From an uncultured delta proteobacterium (GTDB taxonomy: Bacteria; Myxococcota_A; Polyangia; Fen-1088): 64,000 nucleotides of DNA. The notes under the pieces are model-generated. The model was not told the DNA's origin, did not search any database, and was given only the letters and a program-made list of their open reading frames with translations. Positions 56,129-64,000 of this stretch are shown here, piece by piece (the stretch's first letter is position 1; every line of letters begins with the position of its first letter). A program made the translations under genes and the position numbers. The stretch lies in contig CAVYGB010000010.1 of assembly GCA_963767925.1 (NCBI GenBank), positions 544,001-608,000 of the forward strand, given 5' to 3'.

Positions 56129-59113
56129 GTGTCACCGAACCGTGGCTCCTCAGGGTGTGACGTTCGGAAACCTGGCCGCGGCGCGATCGCCGCGCTCCTG
56201 CTGGCCCTCGGCTGCGGGGGCGCGGGCGCGCGGCCCCCGGTCGATCCGGGCAGCCCACCGGGCGAGCCCGACGCGGCGGTCGTCCCGGAGGCCGACGCCC
56301 CCGCCGTCGACGCGGCCGCCGCCGACATCCCGCCGCCGGACGCCGAGGCCGACCGGCCGCCCGACCAGGGTCCCGACAGCCTGCTGCCCGCCCAGGCCAT
56401 CTACCTGTCCGAGGTGATGTACCACCCCGTCCTCGAGGACGACGCCGTCGATCGGCACGAGTTCATCGAGCTCGGCAACCGGGGCGAGGCCGCGGTCGAC
56501 CTGGCGGGCTGGAAGCTCACCGGCGACATCGACTTCACCTTCCCTGCCGGCGCCACGATCCCCGGCCGCGGCTTCGCGGTGGTGGCCCGCGACCGCAGCG
56601 CGCTCGCCGCCGTGACCGCCTACGGCCTCACCGCCGCGAGCCTGCTCGGCGACTACGCGCGCGAGCTCGACAACGGTGGGGGGGAGGTCATCCTGCTCGA
56701 TCCGCGCGGGGCCGCGGTCGACCGCGTGCGGTGGGACGACGGGTTCCCCTGGCCGCTGGCCGCCGACGGGATGGGCGCCGGCGCCGCCTGGCTGCCCGCG
56801 GCCTGGCTGCCCCTCGAGCAGCATCGCCACCGCGGCGTGTCCCTCGAGCGGATCGCCCCCGAGCTGCCCGGCCTGGAGGTGGCGAGCTGGGCCCCCTCGC
56901 CGCTGCCGCCCGCCGGCCCGGGCCCCAGCCCCGGCCGGGCCAACCGGGCCAGCGGTCCGCCCCCCGCCATCGTCGAGGCGCTCACCGCCGCCCCCCTGTC
57001 CGGGGAGCGGCTTGTGCGCGCCGGCGACGAGGTGGCCATCCGTGTCCGGCTGTCGCCCGGCGCCGCCGCCGACCCCCAGGTCGAATATTTCGTCGACGAC
57101 CTGGAGCGCAGCGACGAGGCGCGCACGGTGGTGGCGGCCACCGGCAGCGGCCGCGATTTGGAGGCCCGCCTGCCCCGCCTGCCGGACAACAGCATCGTCC
57201 GCTACCGCGTGCTGGCCGATCGGGGCGCCGGCCGGGCCGAGGTGCTCTCGCCCCGAGCCGAAGATCCCCTCACCTGGCACGCCTACTTCGTCAGCCCGGT
57301 CATCTCCTCTGTCGATCCGCCCTACCAGCTCTTCATCAAATCGACCGACTGGGGACAGCTCTGGACCAACATCGACCACCCCGGGCCCAACGAGCGGCGG
57401 GTGGTGGCCGAGACGGTGGGCGGCCAGACCGTCCGCTGCCGCATCCGCCCGAGCTGGGACAGCCGGGTGCCGGCCGTCTTCGTCAGCGACGGGCAGGTCC
57501 ACGACGTGCGCGTGCGCTACCAGGGCAGCCGCTGGAAGCGCACCGACGGCCGCCCCATCGACCTGACCCGCACCTCGATCGCGCCGTTGCCGGCGCCGAT
57601 GATGGGCCGGCCCCAGCCCGACGGCAGCCTGGCCCCCTCCCTGTCGGCGCTGAGCTGGAACATCGACTTCCCCCGCTACCAGCGCTTCGAGGGCGAGCGC
57701 GACACGATCATCATCAACAAGCTCGCCGACGCCTGCCCCGGGCTCTCGGCCACCGTTGGCGAGCTGCTCTACCGGGCCGCCGGCCTGATCGCCGGCCCCA
57801 CCCGCTACCGCCGCCTCTACCTCAACGGCGGCTACTACGCGTATACCCTCGACATCGAGTCGCCCTCCGAGGGGTTGCTCGAGCGGCAGCTCCCGGAGGG
57901 GGAGTCGCCCGGTGATCTGTTCAAGGTGTCCGGCAACCAGGGGGTCGAGGAAGGCCCCTGGGGCCGCGGCTCGCTCGAGCCCTTGCCTCCGAGCTGCGGG
58001 TCGACTCCGCCCGGCTACGACGCGCTCGCTCGCTACGCGCACACCTACGAGCGCAAGACCCGGCAGTGGAAAGACGCCCGCGACATCAAGGCGCTGATTG
58101 ACGGCCTCGACGCCGCCCGCCGGGCCGGGCGCTTCGAGGACAGCGACCCCGGCAACGACAATCCGGGGCCCGTGCGCGCATTCCTTGCGCAGACCTTCGA
58201 CGTGCCCGCGGTGCTGACCTACCTGGCCGTGCGCAACTGGGCCCTGCCCTGGGACGACTTCTTCCACAACTACTACCTCTACCGGGACGCCCGGGGGGCC
58301 TGGTCGATCCTGCCGTGGGACCTCGACTTCGAGTTCGGGGAGTTCTACGGAGGCAACGTGCAGCGCTCGTTCTACGTCGGCGAGCAAGGGGACCCTGACG
58401 GCCTCGACGGCCGCGAGTGGAACCCGCTCAAGGACACCTTCCTGCGCGCGTACCGCTCGGAGCTGATCGCCCGCCTTCGCGCGCTCGACGCGGAGGGCCC
58501 CCTGGCACCCGCGCGCTGGCGGCCGATGGTGGAGACCGCGGCCACACGCTTCGATCCGGGAGAGGCGACAGCGTCCCCGGTCGCAGGTCAATGCGATTTC
58601 GGTGCCGAAAAGTTGCGGCTGCTGGCCTTCGCCGAGAAGCGGCGTGAAGCGCTGTCCGAGCTGGTCCTTTGCTCGACCCGGCCATGTGGGTTGAAGGGGG
58701 AGTACTTCCGCTCGCCGACCCTGGCCCCCGCCTCGCTCGCCTTCACCCGGACCGACCAGGTCGTCGACTTCGACTGGCACCGGGCCGGTCCGGCGTCCGA
58801 CGTCCCCGGCGACGGCTTCTCCGTGCGCTGGACCGGCACGATCACCCCGCCCGCGACCGGCATCTACACCTTCACCACGCGATCGGACGACGGCGTGCGT
58901 TTATGGCTTGGAACCGCTTTGTTAATCGACAACTGGACCGTCCACCCGACGGTCGACGACAGCGCGACCGTGCCGCTTCTGCAAGGCATCCCCTATCAGA
59001 TCCGGCTCGAGTACTACGAGGAAGCCTTCGACGCCGCCATCAAGCTGTCCTGGTTCGGACCAGGCGTTTCCTTGCAGCGCGTGCGCGCGGCCCACCTGCA
59101 ACCCGCCCCCTGA
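56129..59113 (+). CDS. Lipoprotein: lamin-tail domain + CotH kinase-like domain + PA14 domain
   Basis: Lipobox ALGC; LSEVMYHP..EFIEL.N (LTD); WDDFFHNYYLY...ILPWDLDFEFG (CotH); GLKGEYF...FSVRWTG...SDDGVRLW (PA14). Confidence 0.85.
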   Translation: MSPNRGSSGCDVRKPGRGAIAALLLALGCGGAGARPPVDPGSPPGEPDAAVVPEADAPAVDAAAADIPPPDAEADRPPDQGPDSLLPAQAIYLSEVMYHPVLEDDAVDRHEFIELGNRGEAAVDLAGWKLTGDIDFTFPAGATIPGRGFAVVARDRSALAAVTAYGLTAASLLGDYARELDNGGGEVILLDPRGAAVDRVRWDDGFPWPLAADGMGAGAAWLPAAWLPLEQHRHRGVSLERIAPELPGLEVASWAPSPLPPAGPGPSPGRANRASGPPPAIVEALTAAPLSGERLVRAGDEVAIRVRLSPGAAADPQVEYFVDDLERSDEARTVVAATGSGRDLEARLPRLPDNSIVRYRVLADRGAGRAEVLSPRAEDPLTWHAYFVSPVISSVDPPYQLFIKSTDWGQLWTNIDHPGPNERRVVAETVGGQTVRCRIRPSWDSRVPAVFVSDGQVHDVRVRYQGSRWKRTDGRPIDLTRTSIAPLPAPMMGRPQPDGSLAPSLSALSWNIDFPRYQRFEGERDTIIINKLADACPGLSATVGELLYRAAGLIAGPTRYRRLYLNGGYYAYTLDIESPSEGLLERQLPEGESPGDLFKVSGNQGVEEGPWGRGSLEPLPPSCGSTPPGYDALARYAHTYERKTRQWKDARDIKALIDGLDAARRAGRFEDSDPGNDNPGPVRAFLAQTFDVPAVLTYLAVRNWALPWDDFFHNYYLYRDARGAWSILPWDLDFEFGEFYGGNVQRSFYVGEQGDPDGLDGREWNPLKDTFLRAYRSELIARLRALDAEGPLAPARWRPMVETAATRFDPGEATASPVAGQCDFGAEKLRLLAFAEKRREALSELVLCSTRPCGLKGEYFRSPTLAPASLAFTRTDQVVDFDWHRAGPASDVPGDGFSVRWTGTITPPATGIYTFTTRSDDGVRLWLGTALLIDNWTVHPTVDDSATVPLLQGIPYQIRLEYYEEAFDAAIKLSWFGPGVSLQRVRAAHLQPAP

Positions 59114-59147
59114 GCCAACACGATTTGAACTTCACAATCCCGAACAT

Positions 59148-59163
59148 GGGCACGCGGGTTGCA
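59148..59163 (+). promoter_or_regulatory. Putative sigma54 promoter
   Basis: GGGCACGCGGGTTGCA (GGCACG-N4-TTGCA) in an AT-richer intergenic region upstream of 59308. Confidence 0.65.
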
Positions 59164-59307
59164 AAAGCCGAATCGCTGCTTCGGCTTACGTGCTCGGAGC
59201 GCTCATCCTTCATCTTCGTTTTCAGAAACCAAAAGCAGACGACATCCACCCACCCCCCTTACGCTTTCTATTGCCATGCGCCGTGAAAATTGTAAGGCTC
59301 TCCCTCC

Positions 59308-59982
59308 ATGGCAAGTCACAACACGAGAAGTTCCGTGCGCGGTGGGTTGGTCGTGTGCGCCCTCGCGGTGGCAGTAGCCGCAGGATGTCCCGGCCAGCTC
59401 GACTCCTCTCTCGCTCCCGGAGCGGGCGGGCCTCCTGCCTATGTTCCTCCAGCCAGTGTCGCTCCACTTCCTCCCAGCCCTGCCCCCACGCCAGCTCCGC
59501 CTCCGGCGGCCGCACCTCCGGCCGTTGCTCCGCCCGCGGCCGCTCCGCCCGCCGCGGCTCCTCCGGCTGCCCTGCCGCCCGCGGCCGCTGCCCCTCCCGC
59601 CGCGGCTCCTCCGGCCGCCATGCCGCCCGCCGCTGCAGCGCCTCCCGCTGCCGCCGCTTGCCCGAATCCCCAAGAGGCCTTCGAGAAGATCCTCAAGCCC
59701 CAGTGCGGGATGCTCTGCCACAACCCGAACAACCCCGCACTTTATGCGGCGAACCTCGACCTCTTCAACCCCGGCGCGAAGGGCCGGCTCGTGAACGCGG
59801 GCTCCAAGATCTGCGTCGGCCGCATCCTGGTCCAGGATGGACCCCAGGGTGTCGGGGGATACCTGTTCGACAAGATGGCCGGTCCCACCCCGGGCTGCGG
59901 CGACCGGATGCCCCCGTTCGGCACCGGCATGTCGGCCGCCGATATCAAGTGCCTCAAGGATTGGATCCGTCCCACGCCCTGA
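59308..59982 (+). CDS. Lipoprotein with AAAPP repeats and a C-terminal cytochrome c-like domain (CX3CH)
   Basis: Lipobox AAGC; Pro/Ala stalk; CGMLCH followed by DRMPP and a terminal helix (CLKDWI). Confidence 0.65.
   Translation: MASHNTRSSVRGGLVVCALAVAVAAGCPGQLDSSLAPGAGGPPAYVPPASVAPLPPSPAPTPAPPPAAAPPAVAPPAAAPPAAAPPAALPPAAAAPPAAAPPAAMPPAAAAPPAAAACPNPQEAFEKILKPQCGMLCHNPNNPALYAANLDLFNPGAKGRLVNAGSKICVGRILVQDGPQGVGGYLFDKMAGPTPGCGDRMPPFGTGMSAADIKCLKDWIRPTP
59499..59655 (+). repeat. Degenerate 15-bp coding tandem repeat (gccgcggctcctccg-like; AAAPP)
   Basis: About 9 imperfect units encoding PPAAA/PPAVA/PPAAL/PPAAM. Confidence 0.75.
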
Positions 59983-60018
59983 CAGCAACGGACGAGAGCG
60001 CGCTTCTTTCGTCCCGGG

Positions 60019-60050
60019 CCGCGAATCAGGAGGACTCTCCTGGTTCGCGG
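60019..60050 (+). terminator. 14-bp stem-loop downstream of the lipoprotein gene, possible terminator
   Basis: ccgcgaatcaggag-gact-ctcctggttcgcgg. No adjacent U-tract. Confidence 0.4.
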
Positions 60051-60206
60051 GATTCGGGAAGGGAGCAGCCGAGCGGCGAAGGCCGGCGAGTGAGTGTACG
60101 CAAGCTACTTTTTTTCCGATCCTCCGCCGTTCGGCTGCTCTCTATCAGCCCGAATCTTCGCTGACCGCGCTCCGGTCCGCCAGAATCCGGGCCTGTTCGT
60201 CGCCCC

Positions 60207-60962
60207 TCACGCTTGCCAGAAGCGGTAGCGCTTCGCCTTCAGCCAGTCCTGGTGCAGGTGTGTGATGGCCCGCAGGTCGATGCCCTTGGGGCACGCGGCC
60301 TGGCACTCGCCGTGAAGCGTGCAGGCGCCGAGCGGCTCGCGATCCATGGCGGCGACCATCGCGCTGGCGCGGCGGGCGCGCTCGGGCTGGCCCTGCGGGA
60401 GCTGGGCGAGGTGGGCGAGCTTGGCCCCGGTGAAGAGCGCGGCCGAGCTGTTGGGGCAAGCCGCCACGCAGGCCCCGCAGCCGATGCAGGCCGCGCTGTC
60501 GAGGGCGCGCTCGGCCGCCTCCTTGGCGATCGGTAGGGCATTGGCCTCGGGGGCGCTGCCGGCGCGCACCGAGATGTAGCCGCCGGCCTGGACGATCCGA
60601 TCGAGGGCGCGGCGATCGACGACGAGGTCGCGCACCAGCGGAAAGGCGGGGCTGCGGAACGGCTCGAGTGTGATGGTGGCCCCATCGGGAAAGTCACGCA
60701 GGGCCACCTGACAGGTGGTTGTCAGGCGGCGCCCGCCGTGGGCGAAGCCGTCGACAAGCAGGCCGCAGGCACCACAGATCCCTTCGCGGCAGTCGCTCTC
60801 GCAGGCGATCGGCGCCTCGCCGGCGGCGACGAGCCGCTCGTTGAGCACGTCGAGCGCCTCGAGCAGGGTCAGGGTCGGGGCCAGCCCCGCCAGGTGATGA
60901 TCGACGAAGCGGCCCGGGGCCTGGGGGCCGTGCTGGTGCCAGACGCGCAGGGTGAGTTTCAT
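60207..60962 (-). CDS. sdhB: Succinate dehydrogenase/fumarate reductase iron-sulfur subunit
   Basis: [36 protein letters not shown] overlaps the sdhA stop. Confidence 0.95.
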   Translation of the reverse strand: MKLTLRVWHQHGPQAPGRFVDHHLAGLAPTLTLLEALDVLNERLVAAGEAPIACESDCREGICGACGLLVDGFAHGGRRLTTTCQVALRDFPDGATITLEPFRSPAFPLVRDLVVDRRALDRIVQAGGYISVRAGSAPEANALPIAKEAAERALDSAACIGCGACVAACPNSSAALFTGAKLAHLAQLPQGQPERARRASAMVAAMDREPLGACTLHGECQAACPKGIDLRAITHLHQDWLKAKRYRFWQA

Positions 60963-62935
60963 CGGTAGCTCCTCCGGGTGGCGGGGTATTCGGCGAAGGT
61001 GAGCGGCTCGGTGGCGAGCGCCGGCGGCGCCGCCTCGCCCCGCCAGGACCAGGCCGCCACGTGGGCGAAGCGCGCGTCGTCGCGCAGGGGCTCGCCCTCG
61101 GCGGTGGCGTGCTCTTCCCGGAAGTGGCATCCGCAGGACTCCTCGCGATACAGGGCATCCCGGCACATCAGCTCGGCCAGCTCGAGGTAGTCGGCCACCC
61201 GGCCGGCTCGCTCCAGCTCCTGGTTCAGCTCGGCGCCGCTCCCCGGGATGAGAACCTCTCTCCAGAAGGCCGCGCGCAGGGCGGGGATCTCGGCCAGCGC
61301 CCGCTCGATCCCGGCCCGCGAGCGGGACAGGCCACAGCTCCGGCGCAGCAGCGCGCCCAGCTCGCGGTGAAAGTCGCCGGCGGTGCGCCGCCCCCGCACC
61401 GCCAGCAGGCGCCCGATCCGGGCCGCAACCGCGGCCCGGGCCTCGCCCACCTCGGCGCAGGCGCCGTCGACCGCAGGCAGGTGGGCGCCGGCCAGGTAAC
61501 CCCCGATCGTGAGCGGCAGGACGAAGGTGCCATCGGCCAGGCCCTGCATGAGGGCGCTGGCCCCCAGCCGGTTGGCCCCGTGGTCGGAGAAGTTGGCCTC
61601 GCCCGCGACGAACAGGCCGGGCACCGTGCTCTGGAGGTCGTAGTCGACCCAGAGGCCACCCATCGTGTAGTGGGCGGCCGGGTAGATCCGCATCGGCGCC
61701 TGCAGGGGGTCCTCGCCGGTCAGGCGGGTGTACATCTCGAACAGGTTGCCGTAGCGATCGCGCAGGGTGGCCGCCCCCAGGCGGGCCCGGGCTTCGGCCA
61801 GGTCCAGGTAGACGGCGCGGCCCGTGGGACCGACCCCTCGCCCGCCGTCGCACACCGCCACCGTGGCCCGGGAGGCCAGGTCGCGCGGGCTGAGGTTGCC
61901 GAAGCGGGGGTAGAGCCGCTCGAGGAAGTAGTCGCGCTCGCCCTCGGGGATCGCCTCGGGTGAGCGCCCGTCGCCGGGGCGGGCCGGCACCCAGACCCGG
62001 CCGTCGTTGCGCAGCGACTCCGACATCAAAGTGAGCTTGCTCTGGTGGGCGTCGCCCGCGGGCAGGCAGGTGGGGTGGAACTGCACGAACCCGGGGTTGG
62101 CGAAGGCCGCCCCCCGCCGGTGGGCCCGCCAGATCGCGGTGGCGTTCGAGCCGCGGGCGTTGGTGCTGAGGTAGTAGGCGTTGGCGTAGCCACCGGTGGC
62201 CAGCACGACCGCGTCGCCGAGGTGGGCCTCGAGGGCGCCGCTCACGAGATCGCGCGCCACCACCCCCCGGGCCCGGCCGTCGACCACGACGAGGTCGAGC
62301 ATCTCGCGCCGGGGCAGCAGGGTCACCCCGCCGCGCTCCACCTCCCGGGCCAGCGCCGAGGTGGCGGCCAGCAGGAGCTGCTGGCCGGTCTGGCCGCGGG
62401 CGTAGAAGGTGCGCGAGACCAGCGCCCCCCCGAACGAGCGGTTGGCCAGCAGGCCCCCGTATTCGCGGGCGAAGGGCACCCCCTGCGCCACGCAATTGTC
62501 GACGATGAGGGCCGACAGCTCGGCCAGCCGGTAGACGTTGGCCTCGCGGGCCCGGAAGTCGCCTCCCTTCAGGGTGTCGCGGAACAGCCGCTCCACGCTG
62601 TCGCCGTCGTTCTGGTAGTCCTTGGCGGCGTTGATGCCCCCCTGGGCGGCCACGCTGTGGGCCCGGCGGGGCGAGTCGTGGAAGCAGAGGCAGGTCACCT
62701 GGTAGCCGAGCTCCGAGAGGCCCGCTGCCGCCGAGGCGCCCGCCAGGCCGGCGCCCACCACCACCACCCGGTGTCGGCGGCGCCGCACCGGCCCCACCAG
62801 GCCGAGCTCGAGGCGGCGCTTGCGCCAGGCCCCCGCCAGCGGCCCGCCGGGCACCCGGGCGTCGAGCACGGGCGCGCCCTGCGCGGGCGCGCCGATCGGC
62901 GTGTTCATCGTCGCCTCGTTCATCTTCGCGCTCAT
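60959..62935 (-). CDS. sdhA: Succinate dehydrogenase/fumarate reductase flavoprotein subunit
   Basis: [22 protein letters not shown] (FAD-His), [31 protein letters not shown]. Confidence 0.96.
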   Translation of the reverse strand: MSAKMNEATMNTPIGAPAQGAPVLDARVPGGPLAGAWRKRRLELGLVGPVRRRRHRVVVVGAGLAGASAAAGLSELGYQVTCLCFHDSPRRAHSVAAQGGINAAKDYQNDGDSVERLFRDTLKGGDFRAREANVYRLAELSALIVDNCVAQGVPFAREYGGLLANRSFGGALVSRTFYARGQTGQQLLLAATSALAREVERGGVTLLPRREMLDLVVVDGRARGVVARDLVSGALEAHLGDAVVLATGGYANAYYLSTNARGSNATAIWRAHRRGAAFANPGFVQFHPTCLPAGDAHQSKLTLMSESLRNDGRVWVPARPGDGRSPEAIPEGERDYFLERLYPRFGNLSPRDLASRATVAVCDGGRGVGPTGRAVYLDLAEARARLGAATLRDRYGNLFEMYTRLTGEDPLQAPMRIYPAAHYTMGGLWVDYDLQSTVPGLFVAGEANFSDHGANRLGASALMQGLADGTFVLPLTIGGYLAGAHLPAVDGACAEVGEARAAVAARIGRLLAVRGRRTAGDFHRELGALLRRSCGLSRSRAGIERALAEIPALRAAFWREVLIPGSGAELNQELERAGRVADYLELAELMCRDALYREESCGCHFREEHATAEGEPLRDDARFAHVAAWSWRGEAAPPALATEPLTFAEYPATRRSYR

Positions 62936-63585
62936 GGCAGCCCTCCCAGCACGACCGCCAGCGGGATGCTGGCGAAGCCGACCGCCACCGCGACGCCGGC
63001 CAGCGCCGCCAGGCGGCGGCTCCGCAACGGATCGGCCTCCGGACGCAGGCCCAGGCTGGTTCGCAGGGCCCACAGGCCGTGCGACAGGTGCAGGCCGAGC
63101 AGCCCCGCCGCCAGCAGATAGACCGCGGCCACCAGCGGCCGGGCCAGGCCGACGACGATGTTGTGGTGCACGCGCCCGGCGAGAAAGTCGGGGTGCAGGG
63201 TGCCGGTCGTGAGGTGCAGCAGGTGGAAGACAACGAACAGCAGCAGCAAGGCGCCCCCCAGGCGCATGCTGCGCGAGGCGAGCGTCGCCGCCCGGCCCGG
63301 GCCCAGGTGGAGCAGCCGGGCGCGCGGCGGGGCCCGGCGCGCCAGGCTCACCACCGCCCACACATGCACCACCGCCGCCAGCAACAGGCCTCCCCGCACC
63401 AGCCAGAGCAGGGGCCCGGTCCGGCGCAAGGCGGCGGCGTAGCCGTCGGCCGCCGCCGCCCCCCCGAACACGGTGAGGTTGCCGGCGAGGTGGGCGAGGA
63501 TCCACGCAAACAGGAGGGCGCCCGACAGGGCGGCCGCCGCCTTGAGTCCAACCGTGGCGCTCCGGGGCAGGTGTCTCGCGGTCAC
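62932..63585 (-). CDS. sdhC: Succinate dehydrogenase cytochrome b558 subunit
   Basis: Five TM helices with His ligands (LAHLAGN, VVHVW, VFHLLH, GLHLSHG); ASRSMR motif. Confidence 0.9.
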   Translation of the reverse strand: MTARHLPRSATVGLKAAAALSGALLFAWILAHLAGNLTVFGGAAAADGYAAALRRTGPLLWLVRGGLLLAAVVHVWAVVSLARRAPPRARLLHLGPGRAATLASRSMRLGGALLLLFVVFHLLHLTTGTLHPDFLAGRVHHNIVVGLARPLVAAVYLLAAGLLGLHLSHGLWALRTSLGLRPEADPLRSRRLAALAGVAVAVGFASIPLAVVLGGLP

Positions 63586-63641
63586 CCTTCAGTGGTAGGG
63601 GACCCCCATTCATTAGTCATATTCAATGGATTCCTCCAAAA

Positions 63642-63658
63642 CATTAGACAGTCTAATG
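63642..63658. promoter_or_regulatory. LysR-type operator (T-N11-A dyad)
   Basis: cattaga-cag-tctaatg perfect dyad containing T-N11-A. Weaker related site cattagtcatattcaatg at 63611-63628. Confidence 0.72.
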
Positions 63659-63669
63659 ACTGGCCGACC

Positions 63670-64000
63670 GTGCACCTCGAGACCTTGAAGACCTTCTGCG
63701 ATCTCTGCGAGAGCGGCAGCCTGTCCCGGGCCGCCCGCCTGAACCGGGTGACCCAGTCGGCGGTCAGCCAGCAGCTCCGGGCCCTCGAGCAGCGCTTCGG
63801 GCGGCGCCTTGTCGAGCGGGCCCCCCGGGTGGCGGCCCGGCCCACCGAGGCCGGGCGCCTCCTCTATCAGGAGAGCAAGCAGCTCCTCGACCGCTGGCAG
63901 GCCCTGGAGGCGCGCCTGCGCGCCCGCCCGGGGATCGTGAGCGGCTCGGTGCGGGTGGCGACCGTGTACAGCGTCGGGCTGCACACCCTGCCGGCGGCGA
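63670..64000 (+). CDS. LysR-family transcriptional regulator, 3'-partial
   Basis: Not in the ORF track (no stop in window). GTG start gives [50 protein letters not shown]...PTEAG. Confidence 0.93.
   Translation, partial: MHLETLKTFCDLCESGSLSRAARLNRVTQSAVSQQLRALEQRFGRRLVERAPRVAARPTEAGRLLYQESKQLLDRWQALEARLRARPGIVSGSVRVATVYSVGLHTLPAA

Noticed and set aside
60207..63613. 1008-aa and 884-aa ORFs suggesting Sdh subunit fusions
   Set aside because: Upstream extensions are off-frame readings of the preceding subunits. ATGA overlaps define separate sdhC, sdhA and sdhB.

Overview
High-GC (~70% by eye) bacterial chromosomal window. Gene content (Ser/Thr kinase, Oar-like TonB receptors, MlpA-like lipoprotein, sigma54 promoters, Wsp/ACF-type chemosensory operon) points to a myxobacterium (Myxococcota); this is an inference. 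The left edge holds the 3' part of a tyrosine integrase converging on tRNA-Pro(TGG), i.e. the border of an integrated element lying mostly outside the window. Housekeeping genes include rph, rdgB, rlmI-like and rsmB-like methyltransferases, a glutamate dehydrogenase and sdhCAB with a divergent LysR regulator. Accessory content: two types of intergenic palindromic/MITE-like elements, a stand-alone LigD phosphoesterase, an HTH-HATPase-STAS(DUF4325) regulator, a DUF3015-like/DUF4105 pair, a che operon with two sensor-less hybrid kinases, two Oar-like receptors, an ECF/anti-sigma operon and several secreted lipoproteins. The best candidate for an undescribed system is a RibD-reductase / Zn-less MDR dehydrogenase / Cys-less PTPS / GT4 / SCP2 operon. 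It has a structured leader, and its likely partner genes (CDP-alcohol phosphatidyltransferase, SAM methyltransferase) sit about 30 kb away, suggesting a split pterin- or nucleotide-derived lipid pathway. At least seven apparent frameshifts (rsmB-like, gdh x4, TetR fragment, MBL lipoprotein) may be assembly errors. No CRISPR array or rRNA was seen. All family calls come from reading motifs by eye, not from database searches.
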